Source of the DNA: Calcarisporiella thermophila CBS 279.70
Taxonomy: Eukaryota; Fungi; Calcarisporiellomycota
Length of the DNA: 34,630 bases
Assembly (NCBI RefSeq): GCF_041956535.1
Contig: NW_027192194.1
Span: 53,679 to 88,308 of the forward strand
Direction: 5' to 3'
The translations under genes and the position numbers were made by a program. Under the pieces are notes generated by a model that saw only the letters and a program-made list of their open reading frames with translations, searched no databases and had not been told where the DNA came from. Below are positions 12,211-24,380 of the stretch, piece after piece; the first letter of the stretch is position 1, and the number at the start of each line of letters is the position of its first letter.

Positions 12211-12791
12211 AAGATGCTGCAGAATCGAGGTGATGCCGAGAAATTTAACCCAATTTTATATTACTACTTGAAGTTGACCGTCGGAGTTGCTATCCTCCTA
12301 AATGCATCTATTCAAAACAGTGTTAACTAAGAGTCGATAAGCTAGCGTAATCTCTAAGTGGCAATAAAAAAAAAAAGACAGTGCTATATCTTTCTGTGCC
12401 TACTCATGGTGCCCTTTGAAAAATTAAGAACAAAGAGATAATATACAGCATTTTGGATATGTTATAATAGCTGTGATCTACTAGATATCATATGGAGCAT
12501 TCCTAAGCTATTAACTCTTATTGAATGAGCTATGTCTGATGTACTGTATTTACCAGGTTTATCGTGAGATTTAGCAGGGAATGTCGGGAGGGTATTGTTT
12601 GCCAATAATTTAATTGATCGTGTTTTTTAGAGTTAGTATCATTCCGAATGCATCTATTTGGAGCATTAAGAGTTGGCAATAGCTTCGCCAACTCTTGGTG
12701 GTATTATGAAAAATAAGCAATGCCATATCTTATTATTAATAACAGACAATAAAGACATAAGATGTATATGTAAGTAAAATAGTCCCTTTCA

Positions 12792-15700
12792 TCAGTTCCT
12801 CTTCTTCTTTCCACCCACAAATGATATATTGGACTTCTTCTGCCCCTTTCTTGGCATCACCTTTCCAAGCGGTACATATGCATAGGGATCCGGGCGGCCC
12901 TTCTTTTTAACATCACCCGCAGCGTGCTTGGCCTTGTACTCCTTGCCTAACACTTCATTCTGCTCTTTGCCCTTTCCTCCGGCTTTCTTTCTCCGCTTTC
13001 CGTCCTCTCTATCTTCGTCAATATTCATGTCATCGTCGTTCCTTCGGCGCTTATTGAATTTGACACGATTGCCTTGCCCTCGAGTAAATCCATCGGCACT
13101 CCGTACGGCCTCCAGATAATGTCCTTCTGCTTGTGCCTCAGCGTCGTCCTCCATTACGGCTCCTGTAGAGGCTTCGCCCTCCTCGTCTTCATCTCGGATC
13201 ACCAGCCTTCCATCACCGGACTCTACGAATCCATCGCTGTTCTTTTTCATGTTCTTTTGGCTCGACGGTTTGTTAGCCATCACGCGAGAAACCACATTTC
13301 TATCCAGGAAATCAAGGGGCTCATCTTCTCCCTCCCGAATAAATGCATCTCCTCCCTTATTCTTCCCTCCCTTTTGCAACTTTTCGCCCTTCAAGCCCTG
13401 CTTTTTACCCTTTGGGGCAGGTGGTTGGTGGGTGATTTCCTCATCGGATTCAATCTCACTCTCACTCCCATAGAGCGCATCTTCATAAGCACTGTTGAAA
13501 GTTTTACCAACTTGACGGCTTTCCATTCTCTCATCCTCGTCATTCGAGGCATCACCTTCATCCATTTCCATTGCCTGGGATTTCTTCCGTTTGGCACGCT
13601 CACGGCGCTTCCGAATATTCACAATAAGTTTACGGTCAGACTCGGGTATTTCGCGGTCAATAGCTTCATATCTAAAAAATCACAATATGACAACACGATA
13701 AATACATCAAATGCTTGGCGTGGGTGTGACAAAGGTAAAGAGTATTACCCGAAGCGTCGAATAAGCCGCTCGAAAATATGCCTCACTTTCACCTTGAAGT
13801 GGCTCTTGTGTTCATGGCTCCACTTTAAGAGTCCCGTCACCAGCTGAGGCAAATGTGGGCGGACTGCCTCCACCGGAAGGGAGACAGTGGATACTTTGAC
13901 GAATCCAAGAGCCGCTTTTACAATTTCACGGTTGTTGGATTCAATAAAAAGTTGCATTGTCTGAAGAAGCTCGTCAATAAGCGAAGGCTCCATGTCATCT
14001 TGATGATGCCATTGGGAAATGAGACACAATAAAGCTTGATTAGTATAAACATTTAGACAGGCGCTGGCTAAATAGTCTTATACCTTTAAATTCGAATAGC
14101 AAGCGCGACAAGGAAGCAATCGTCGCACTGATCATATGAGGAGTGCTACCCGCAAGACCAGCGGTGACCATCATGAAATACTCTCTAATAGTTGCGGCAG
14201 TATCCGGCATATTCTCGTCCATATCAACCACCTTGCTTTGCACAACTGTCCCACCGGCACGCATTTTCTCTCCCATTTGAATGAGCAGGTCGTAAGCGAG
14301 GAGTCGAGCACGTTCGTTCACCTCTTTGGTGGAGACAACGGCTTCACTGAGGATAGAAGGGATAAGGTGAAGATCTTCAGAGGGAAGCAGTTTGACGCAG
14401 TGGGTGAGAGTGATAAGTCTTTCTTTTCGTGCAGAAGGGGTGGCATTCATGGTCGCATCAAGTAACTTGGCCTGCCAGTCCTCAATTCTCTTAAGCAAAA
14501 CTTCTCTTCCCCGCTCGCTTTCTGCAATCTTATTAAGTGCCTTGTAAGCCTTCTTTTGCAGAACTGAATCTTCCTCCTGGGCCAAGAGTGGCACAACTTG
14601 CTCGTACAAGGATTCGAGACTATCACTATCCAAGTGCATGGCCATTCCAGTAGCAAGATCTAACATAGTATGGGCCACAGGTGGTAACGCGGTGGGGTCA
14701 TTGGCGGGTGCAGGGGTGTGGGCCGATAGTGCTTGTTGTAAAAGTGAGGCCACCTTCTTAAAGGTCGCATTAATTTCCTAAAGTTTAAAATCAAAGTAGA
14801 TTGAGAGTCAGGACAGCTAGTTCTCCTCACAAAAGACCAAAGTTTCTCGGTCGCATACCTGCTCTGAAGTGATGCTCAAGTAGACTCTAATCACTTCCAA
14901 TACGAAACCACGGTAGGTAGGAAGGGACTGGCTGAATACATTGAAGAAAACGGCCAGAAGATTTGTGGCAAGTTTGCTCAAATGCTTGAGTCCATTTTCA
15001 GCCTCCTGTCGCGTGATATGGTAGCGGCGTTGGATCTCGGCGTCCTCTAACTTGGAATTGACAAGCTCACGGTGTTTCTCAACGAGCAACTGTAGTGCCT
15101 GACAGAGAGCAGCTCGGAGTTCGGGCTTCTGATAAAGAGCGTTGCTGACGCGTTCACCAAGTACTTTGGTAAATGCCTTAATAATTCCAAGACCAGAATG
15201 GGGGTTAATTGATGGCTAAATAATAAAGTTCAAAATTAATCTTTCTTACCGAGGGGAGATCAGTAGTATAAGTGCAGAATCCTGGAAGAAGTCCCCATAT
15301 TTGAGCTTCTAGGGTCTCATATACTTTAGCTTCAATGGCCCTCCCTTCATTTGCAAAATGCTCAGCCTTTGTGGCCAGCCTATCTGCCAGAGGAATCAGT
15401 TCTTCAACAAAATATGCCAGCTCCGTATTCTGCACGTTGTCATTCAACAAAGGAAGAAGCCATGCTCGTCCTACTTGATTCTTTTCTCCCGGGTTCTCAA
15501 TGTTGAGAGGTAGGACCTCAAGAGTGCGTCGCGGGCCCATGTACTGGATGGCAGAGCCAATCGCTTGTTCTAGCTCAGTTTTGTGGGGGAACTCGGGAGT
15601 ACGCAGTTCGTCCATTAACGCAAGCACGCCGGCCAGAAGAGAAGTGCGGCCCAAGCGTTCAAAGAGGGATGGAATCACGACAAGAATACTACCCCAGGCG

Positions 15701-17129
15701 TCACGATAGCGGAAGCTAAGTCCTTGTTCTACTAGACCCACCATCTCGACCAGACCTTCACTACCTTTGCTCGGCGTTTTTTTACTCTTTTTGCCCTTTT
15801 CCTTTTTACTCTGAGAGGCAACAACCTCATCTATGTTCGCTATCATCTCGTCAGTAATGCAGCCTGCAAGAGCAATAAGACATTTAGCTGTGGCCTTATT
15901 AATGGTTTCGTTCTCCCCTAAAAAGTTCTGGAAAATTTGTGTATATAGTGCGGGAATTTCTTTAGCCACAGTTTGGGGATCATGTCGTGCGTAAGAGGGA
16001 TATCCGCGACCGATCACTTCAAGCCATGCCGGCATAAGTTGCACGTCCTGTGAGCTTGGACATAAATCCCTTACTGCAGACAACGCAATAGCCAATTTTT
16101 GGGCCTCCCACTCCACTTTCTCGCTAAACATAGCCTCAAATACGCCAAAGGCCGCCATGGTTAGAAATGGGCTGTTGAGTTTCGGCAGTCTCAACAGGGT
16201 TTCACTTAGTTGAGCAAGATGACTTGTGGGCCATGCCTCAACCACGGTTTTTAGCAGGGCAAGAGCATGAAGTGCCGATTGGGGATCTTTTTTAGATACC
16301 TCCTGTAGCACCTTTAGGAAAAAGTCGGCGGTCATAGGGGCTGCCGGATGCTGGGCAGTTGGTGGTGGTGGTGTAGCGAGGATCTGACGAATGGCATCGT
16401 GCGCGCGTTTGCGGGGTTTAGGCCGTGGGTCAACGGAGAGGAGAAGTAAGGCCTGAAAGGCTTTTTTTGTGGTTGGTTGGTTCCACGTAGAACTATCTTG
16501 AGCAATTAGAAGGACTTCAAGGCATGCTGTTGCCTAAACATATTCATATTAGTAAATTATTCTATTTATTGTGAGTATGGCTAATCTAATTATACCGATC
16601 GCACGACTGCTGCCTCCGATTGCTCCTTCTCCAATGCTTTTATGAGTATGGATACAAGTTCAGTAAATCGGCTGCGAAGTACGGGTTGTGAAAGATTAGG
16701 AAATACAATCGCGAGGAGATAGAGAATTGAGGAGGTTATGATGTTATCGACATCGAAATCTTGTTCTGCAAGAGTTGTCATCTATAACAAAAATGAAAAA
16801 TTGAAGAAGGCTAACTCGATTCAAGTATACAAGCATACAAACCATGGCAGCAAAGTAAGCTGTTGGAGAAAGCTCAACGCCTTTTTCTCTAAGCATCTAG
16901 GAAAAGGGGCCCAAGAAAAATAATTAGATTAAACGCTTGAAATACATTAGCTAAATGAAAATTGATTTCCTACCTCTTCGATTCCAACCAGCGTGGCAGC
17001 AATCTTGATTAAAAGTTAAAGGAGCTTAGTTATCTTAAACATTAATCATCATACTAATCACTATACCTGCTTCTGATTCTCAAGCCCAGAATTTAACTGG
17101 GTTCTTATCTTCGCAAATTGCTCCTCCAT
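12792..17129 (-). CDS. RRP12: Ribosomal RNA-processing protein 12 (NUC173/HEAT-repeat); about 9 exons
   Basis: It starts MEEQFAKIRTQLNSGLENQKQ and contains 'GRAWLLPLL', 'QIWGLLPGFC', 'QKKAYKAL', 'HFKVKVRHIFERLIRRFG' and the C-terminal 'EYKAKHAAGDVKKKGRPDPYAYVPL'. Confidence 0.96.
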
Positions 17130-17239
17130 CTTGTGATTAATATAATTAAAGATGTTAACATGTAAAGAGTAGAGCTGCTATAACACGAAATTTAACGGTC
17201 ACATTGTTGTCGAAAATTTACCCAATTAGTGATGCCGGG

Positions 17240-17247
17240 TGTGACTG
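17240..17247 (-). promoter_or_regulatory. Homol-D box (CAGTCACA) upstream of RRP12
   Basis: TGTGACTG on the + strand, about 110 bp upstream of the RRP12 ATG. Confidence 0.6.
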
Positions 17248-17568
17248 CAAAATATAATTCAAAGAAATACACTCTTTTAATGATAATCAAGGGGAGGGAG
17301 AGTGGAGCACTTCGTTATTGATGCAAAGTTATTAGAAAGACATAGCATTTGCCGGACAAACAAGACATGAAAATATGGGTGATGCACATAAAGATATATT
17401 CATCGTAATCCCAGCCGTTGATCGATAAAGAAACCAGTAACTGATAAAATCTAAAACTACTTAAATACATGAACTTTGAAGGGAGGAGAATGACGAGGAC
17501 ACAAAAAAGCTTTGAATAATGAAAATAAAAAAGAGAGAAAATTGGAGATACGACTCGAGAGAAATTCA

Positions 17569-18435
17569 CTAAACAATCAGACAAGATTGTTTATGATGCA
17601 CTTCATTTCCACCTTTCGCCTTAGCCTGGAGCGCAACAAGCGCCGACTGTTCAAAGCACTCATGAACCCCGCGATTGTGCATTGCTGAGCATTCAAGATA
17701 TCGCATTGCATTGATGTTCCGAGCGACTGTGACCCCCTATTATTGAGACAATGGACATTTATTGTGTTCCGACATTATATTAAGTTGGCTAATGATTAAC
17801 CTTACCTCGGTGTAGGTTACAGGGTGATCCCCAAATCGTGCCATACTCTTCATGGTTGCCTCATCTTCTCGCAAATCGCATTTGAGTGCTACGAGAACTA
17901 CCTTCACGCCAGGGCATTGTTGCAGAATCTCCTTCATCCACTTACTGCTGCAATTCTCAAGCGAATCGCGGTTATCCACAGAGAAACAAAGCATGATGAC
18001 ATGCGTATCAGCGTAAGACAAAGATCGAAGGCGATCGTACTCCTCTTGCCCTACACGAAAATGAATGAAAAGTTCAAATCCTGCATCAATGAATGGATTC
18101 CAAAGAAATGCATCCTATATACCCGCTGTATCCCAAAGAGAAAGCTCCAGCGTTTTGCCGTTGATATTCGTCTCATGTACGTAATTTTCGAATACCGTCG
18201 GTTCATATATCTATATAAATATATATACACCCACACATCTATATTGTATTAATTGTTTCAATGCATGGACATTGTCTCGAACGCATGCCGAAATAATACT
18301 AATGATATAGACCTGTGGAAAATAGCCTTTCACGAACACATTCAATAACGACGTCTTTCCACATGCGCCATCCCCCACTACTACAATTTTTCTGTACACG
18401 GGTTTTGCGCCTCGACACTTCAAAACAGTTGCCAT
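17569..18435 (-). CDS. RHO3: Rho-family small GTPase, Rho3 type; 4 exons
   Basis: Motifs are '[25 protein letters not shown]', 'YEPTVFENY', '[33 protein letters not shown]' and 'RYLECSA'. It has an N-terminal Cys and ends in the CaaX motif CLIV*. Confidence 0.92.
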
Positions 18436-19554
18436 TAGATAATGTTTAAAACCAGAAGGTTGGAGTGAAGATGAAGAAATTCAAATCATATACAAAATGA
18501 CAGACAATGAAAAAATGCAGATGAGCTAGTGGTGAAGTTAAGAAGATAAAAATGGTATCCAAATGAAATAAAATGCTAAATCATGCATAGATAGTGGATC
18601 TTCTCCTCCAACGCTTGCGCACCGAAAGCGAAGGCGAAACTCAAAACGTCATCAGAGTTGTTTGATGTAAAATTTGACGCGTAGCGGTGATCGATCTCTA
18701 TAATAAAATTTCAAACGAATAGGGTAGCAATATTTCTATTTTTAACAATAGGATTTTCAACTATTTTGCCTGCTTGTTCCTGATCTTATTTTTCTAACGG
18801 CAGAGCAAAGATGTGCTACCAGATCGTAGCAAACGATGAATCCATGCTTGTGAATCCCCACCCCAGGCGTGTCACGCTAGGAGATATTTGTCTAATCATT
18901 ACAGCGGGCTTATACCATTTAGCAATATGCGGTCTATCATTTCATTATAAGTTCCAATGACTTGGCGATCAGGAACTACCAGTTACCAGTAATACGTGAA
19001 AAGGGTCATTTTGAAGCAATTTTTTAGTTTGAGCGCTCACACCAAGCACAGTGAAGGTCGCCTGTGCAAGACAGAGTAGCTGTCTCATCTCCAGAAAAGC
19101 TGTACTTAGATCTTTCTGAGTATCCAGATATGGTATGGAGTCACAGTTAAGGCGGATAGTCTAATATTCGAATATTCCATTAAAAAAATAATTCTCTCGC
19201 ATATCTGTTGCTGAATTCAATTTGAGCTGACATTACGCCCTTGGCGTACTTTATTTCTGCAGCTTGCAATTTTGGTGAGCGGCTATAAGTATTACAAAGT
19301 CAAGCTTTCCTGGGAAAAGCTGCTATAATTTCTAGCCATTTATATAAAACCCGCGATGCAATTATTATGTATGACGTATATTCGGATTCGGTGCCAACAA
19401 GGCTCTACAAAAAAGGGGGAAAACTTTCTGGTTTATACAACCTCCAGTAATCTTTGACGCGCATCAATGATTGAAAATTTATTAAAAAGATTGCAAGGCA
19501 AAACACACAAAAACACGGAAAAAACGTCAGAATATATGCCATCATTTTCTATTT

Positions 19555-20952
<1,398 letters not shown>

Positions 20953-21504
20953 ATCTTCAGTGATCGTTCCGAATTCGAAGCCAGTTGAGGGGCTGCTAGT
21001 TGCGAGATATTAGAGTTGAAGGAAGAGTGGAGGTATCATAAAAAGCAAGTCTTTGTTTATATGCTTCCTCGTTGGTACCAAGTCCAAAATGCCGTTTTGA
21101 AGTATCGCATTCTAAGCCAAGTAATAATATTCAAAATGGAGATGAAGCCAGTAGAAAAACTTGATATCAAATTACAGTTAGTGAGCGAGCTACTTTCAAA
21201 AATCTTAGTAGAGTCAGCTATATCATATCAAAATTTCAGATTGCATGGCAACTTCTCACATCTAAACATGGCAGCATGTTTGATTTTGGTTTAATAATAT
21301 AATGTTCCCTGCCATCGATACAAGAGGTGCCTACATACTCATTAGTATAAATGGACAACTTCACGCCCATTGGGAAGCAATTGTGTGTGTTAGATGAAGT
21401 GCAACTTGAACCGACTGACACATCCCTTGCCCGAATACTGGGTGATGCTCTACCTTTTCTAGAAATACCTTTATTATCATAAAAACACATTCAATGTACT
21501 TAAT

Positions 21505-22437
21505 TTACAAGTATTTATCCAAAAATTGATAGGTGGGCGCCAAGAGGGCATTGAATTCGGGATGTTCCGCATCCATATAGTAGTCGTAAACGTGGTCTTT
21601 ACCCTCTGCAACTAAGAATTCATGAATAACATTATTTTTTTTCAATACTTCTACAAGTCGCAAAGACTGCGTAAATGGTACTATCGAATCCTTAGTCCCA
21701 TGAAGCACAAAGGTTGGGGGAAAATCTGATGTAATGTGCTTCTCTGGCAACCATGGGGCAAGCAACTGAGAATTGGAATCCTCACTTGGATCGAAACCTA
21801 ATACATGTTCTGCCCAAATGCCCTTCTGAACTATACTTGAGAGCAGCAGAGACCTACGTTCATCGCTGTACATCTTTCCATCTTTTGCTGTAATGGGAAC
21901 ACCAGTTAAGACACGTTCAGAGTACAATTCTCTGATCTCTTCATCTGACAGTTCCTTTGAAGCACCATAAGAACCAAGTTTCTTAGTTATGTCTGCACAG
22001 CCGTAGTAATCGACAATGACTTTTGGTTTTGGAGAGAACCTGTACCCTGCAATCAGGGCAAGCATCCCTCCTGCAGAAGCACCAAAAACCGCCACACGGG
22101 ACAGATCCAAGGGGCCGAATTGTTTTGGACCTTCTTGGTGCAACCACTTCCAAGCGTCTTCACAATCAGACCAAATCTCACTAAACTTGACCTCAGGGGC
22201 AAGACGATGGTCGATGGAGATGAGCATCCAGCCACGATTAGTAATCTGCTCAATTAATGCGGGGCCAAACGTCTCACGATCTCCTCTGATGAATGCTCCG
22301 CCATGCATGTAGAACACGACCGGACGACCGGCTTCTGAAACAGATGTAGTTTTTGAGATATAAACATCAGCACAAATCGGTAGGTCGCCAACATTCTTGT
22401 AAGTGACGGTAGTTTTGGTGTGGTTGCTGGAGGCCAT
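21505..22437 (-). CDS. Intronless alpha/beta hydrolase (HSL/Abhydrolase_3 / BD-FAE-like esterase), 310 aa
   Basis: A single ORF contains the oxyanion motif 'YMHGGAF', nucleophile 'GASAGG', 'LHGTKDSIVP' (Asp) and 'GKDH' (His). Confidence 0.92.
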   Translation of the reverse strand: MASSNHTKTTVTYKNVGDLPICADVYISKTTSVSEAGRPVVFYMHGGAFIRGDRETFGPALIEQITNRGWMLISIDHRLAPEVKFSEIWSDCEDAWKWLHQEGPKQFGPLDLSRVAVFGASAGGMLALIAGYRFSPKPKVIVDYYGCADITKKLGSYGASKELSDEEIRELYSERVLTGVPITAKDGKMYSDERRSLLLSSIVQKGIWAEHVLGFDPSEDSNSQLLAPWLPEKHITSDFPPTFVLHGTKDSIVPFTQSLRLVEVLKKNNVIHEFLVAEGKDHVYDYYMDAEHPEFNALLAPTYQFLDKYL

Positions 22438-22791
22438 TTGAAACGTTATTTGTTAGTCTTTTAAGGTTAGAGTAAGACTTCCAAGTCTGAGGAGGAAATA
22501 ATTTGATAAGAGCTTTATATAATTTCTCGCGTGGCAACTCTGAGTCTGAAATGCTGATGTCAAGGAGGACTCTAGGTTTACCTTATCGAAGATCTATTCA
22601 ACCCATAAAAATGGGCGGGTTAAAACTACAATCATTTGTATACGACTGGTTAATATTAATGGCTAATGAAAACAAGCATGGTAAAATAATGCTAAGACAA
22701 TATTCTAACTTTATACTAATGCAAAATGAAGTGAAATCATAGCCTCACGGCGGTAAAATTGCGGTAGAACGTTATTAACGTTTGAGTCAAT

Positions 22792-23469
22792 CCCTACAAA
22801 AAACCCGTCTGGTGAAAACTGCTAGAAAACGAATAGGAGCATGTAGAAAAGGTGGAGGAGGTTCGCGATTCCCTATAATTTTTCAACAATTTCACTATAA
22901 TTTGTAGACTCCTCTCCCATTATTAATATCTTGAAAAATAGGTGANNNNNNNNNNNNNNNNNNNNNNNNNNNNNNNNNNNNNNNNNNNNNNNNNNNNNNN
23001 NNNNNNNNNNNNNNNNNNNNNNNNNNNNNNNNNNNNNNNNNNNNNNNNNNNNNNNNNNNNNNNNNNNNNNNNNNNNNNNNNNNNNNNNNNNNNNNNNNNN
23101 NNNNNNNNNNNNNNNNNNNNNNNNNNNNNNNNNNNNNNNNNNNNNNNNNNNNNNNNNNNNNNNNNNNNNNNNNNNNNNNNNNNNNNNNNNNNNNNNNNNN
23201 NNNNNNNNNNNNNNNNNNNNNNNNNNNNNNNNNNNNNNNNNNNNNNNNNNNNNNNNNNNNNNNNNNNNNNNNNNNNNNNNNNNNNNNNNNNNNNNNNNNN
23301 NNNNNNNNNNNNNNNNNNNNNNNNNNNNNNNNNNNNNNNNNNNNNATTAATATCTTGAAAAATAGGTGAAAAATTTGTAAAAATTTAGGGAATCGCGAAC
23401 CTCCTCCACCTTTTCTACATGCTCCTATACGTTTTCTAGTAGTTTTCACCAGGAGAGTTTTTTGTAGGG
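22792..23469. mobile_element. Non-autonomous TIR DNA transposon (MITE), CACTA/En-Spm (CMC)-like, 3-bp TSD AAT
   Basis: The left end CCCTACAAAAAACCCGTCTGGTGAAAACTGCTAGAAAACGAATAGGAGCATGTAGAAAAGGTGGAGGAGGTTCGCGATTCCCTA is nearly the reverse complement of the right end. AAT flanks it at 22789-22791 and 23470-23472. Confidence 0.85.
22946..23345. other. Assembly gap (400 N)
   Basis: A run of N, with an identical 24-mer directly before and after it. Confidence 0.99.
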
Positions 23470-24380
23470 AATACTGCTTGTCCAATGGCTGAGAGAGAAT
23501 TTCATTGAACATAGAATCAGTGTAGTAGTGAATGGACAAGGAAAGTATAGGAAAATGGTTTTATTACGAGCAGAAGCTTCCCAGATGTTGGGTGGTCCAA
23601 GCTATCTCAATATCCGCAAGGGAATACAACGGATCTGCTCATATCTGAATTAGAGTAGAACACATTTCAGCTGAGCAGCGAAGCTCGGTTAATTTTTTGG
23701 TTAGATGTTTCCTTATTATGGATTCTTCTTAGAAGAAACAAGGTCAAAGCAGCCATTAGCCATTTGAACACAACAAGGGGTGGGAGAATAAAATAACAGC
23801 ACTTAATTCATCCGCATTGGATGTGAAAATCCAGTTACGCAAGTGATAAAACCATTTCTCAGGCTTCCGAGGATTTACGCCCAGGGACCAAATTCTTGAG
23901 AAATCTTGTGTGCGTATTATTTTGAAGTTAGGGGGATTGCGAGTACGGTAATACTGAAGCAATGGGGCTATCCTATATGAAAGAGCCTTTCATTTTCTTT
24001 ACTCCAGAAACAATCCATCTTAATCCAAAAAATATAGCACGACGAGAAAGAAAATGAAAATAATGATGGGTTTTATTAGTTGAGCCAAAAAGCAAAAGAA
24101 AAGGAGGTGGCCAAGTTTATCTTTTATAGAGGATGGAGATAAGCAAATAGTGGTTGGAACCGGGGCGGACGACACGAAAATATCAAAAAGAAATACAATC
24201 GTGGTGAATCAAAGTGGATAAAGGGGAGGATGACGGGCAGGAAGTGTATAGAACTTATAAAAAGGGCAAAAAATAATAAATCCAAAGCATAAAGAAAACT
24301 AAGTATATAATATCTTGGAAGTTAGAAAATAAAAAGTTTATATATATCAATAAAAAAAGGTTGATTTGAAAAAAAAAAAA

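Noticed and set aside
13074-13847. 257-aa plus-strand ORF
   Set aside because: It is an antisense shadow of the RRP12 last exons with no recognisable motifs.
21016-21482. Short ORFs between LYS1 and the esterase, including a 43-aa ATG ORF from 21351
   Set aside because: No recognisable domain; the lengths are compatible with chance.
22895-23539. ORFs of 214 and 138 aa spanning the gap
   Set aside because: They are artefacts of translating through N's.
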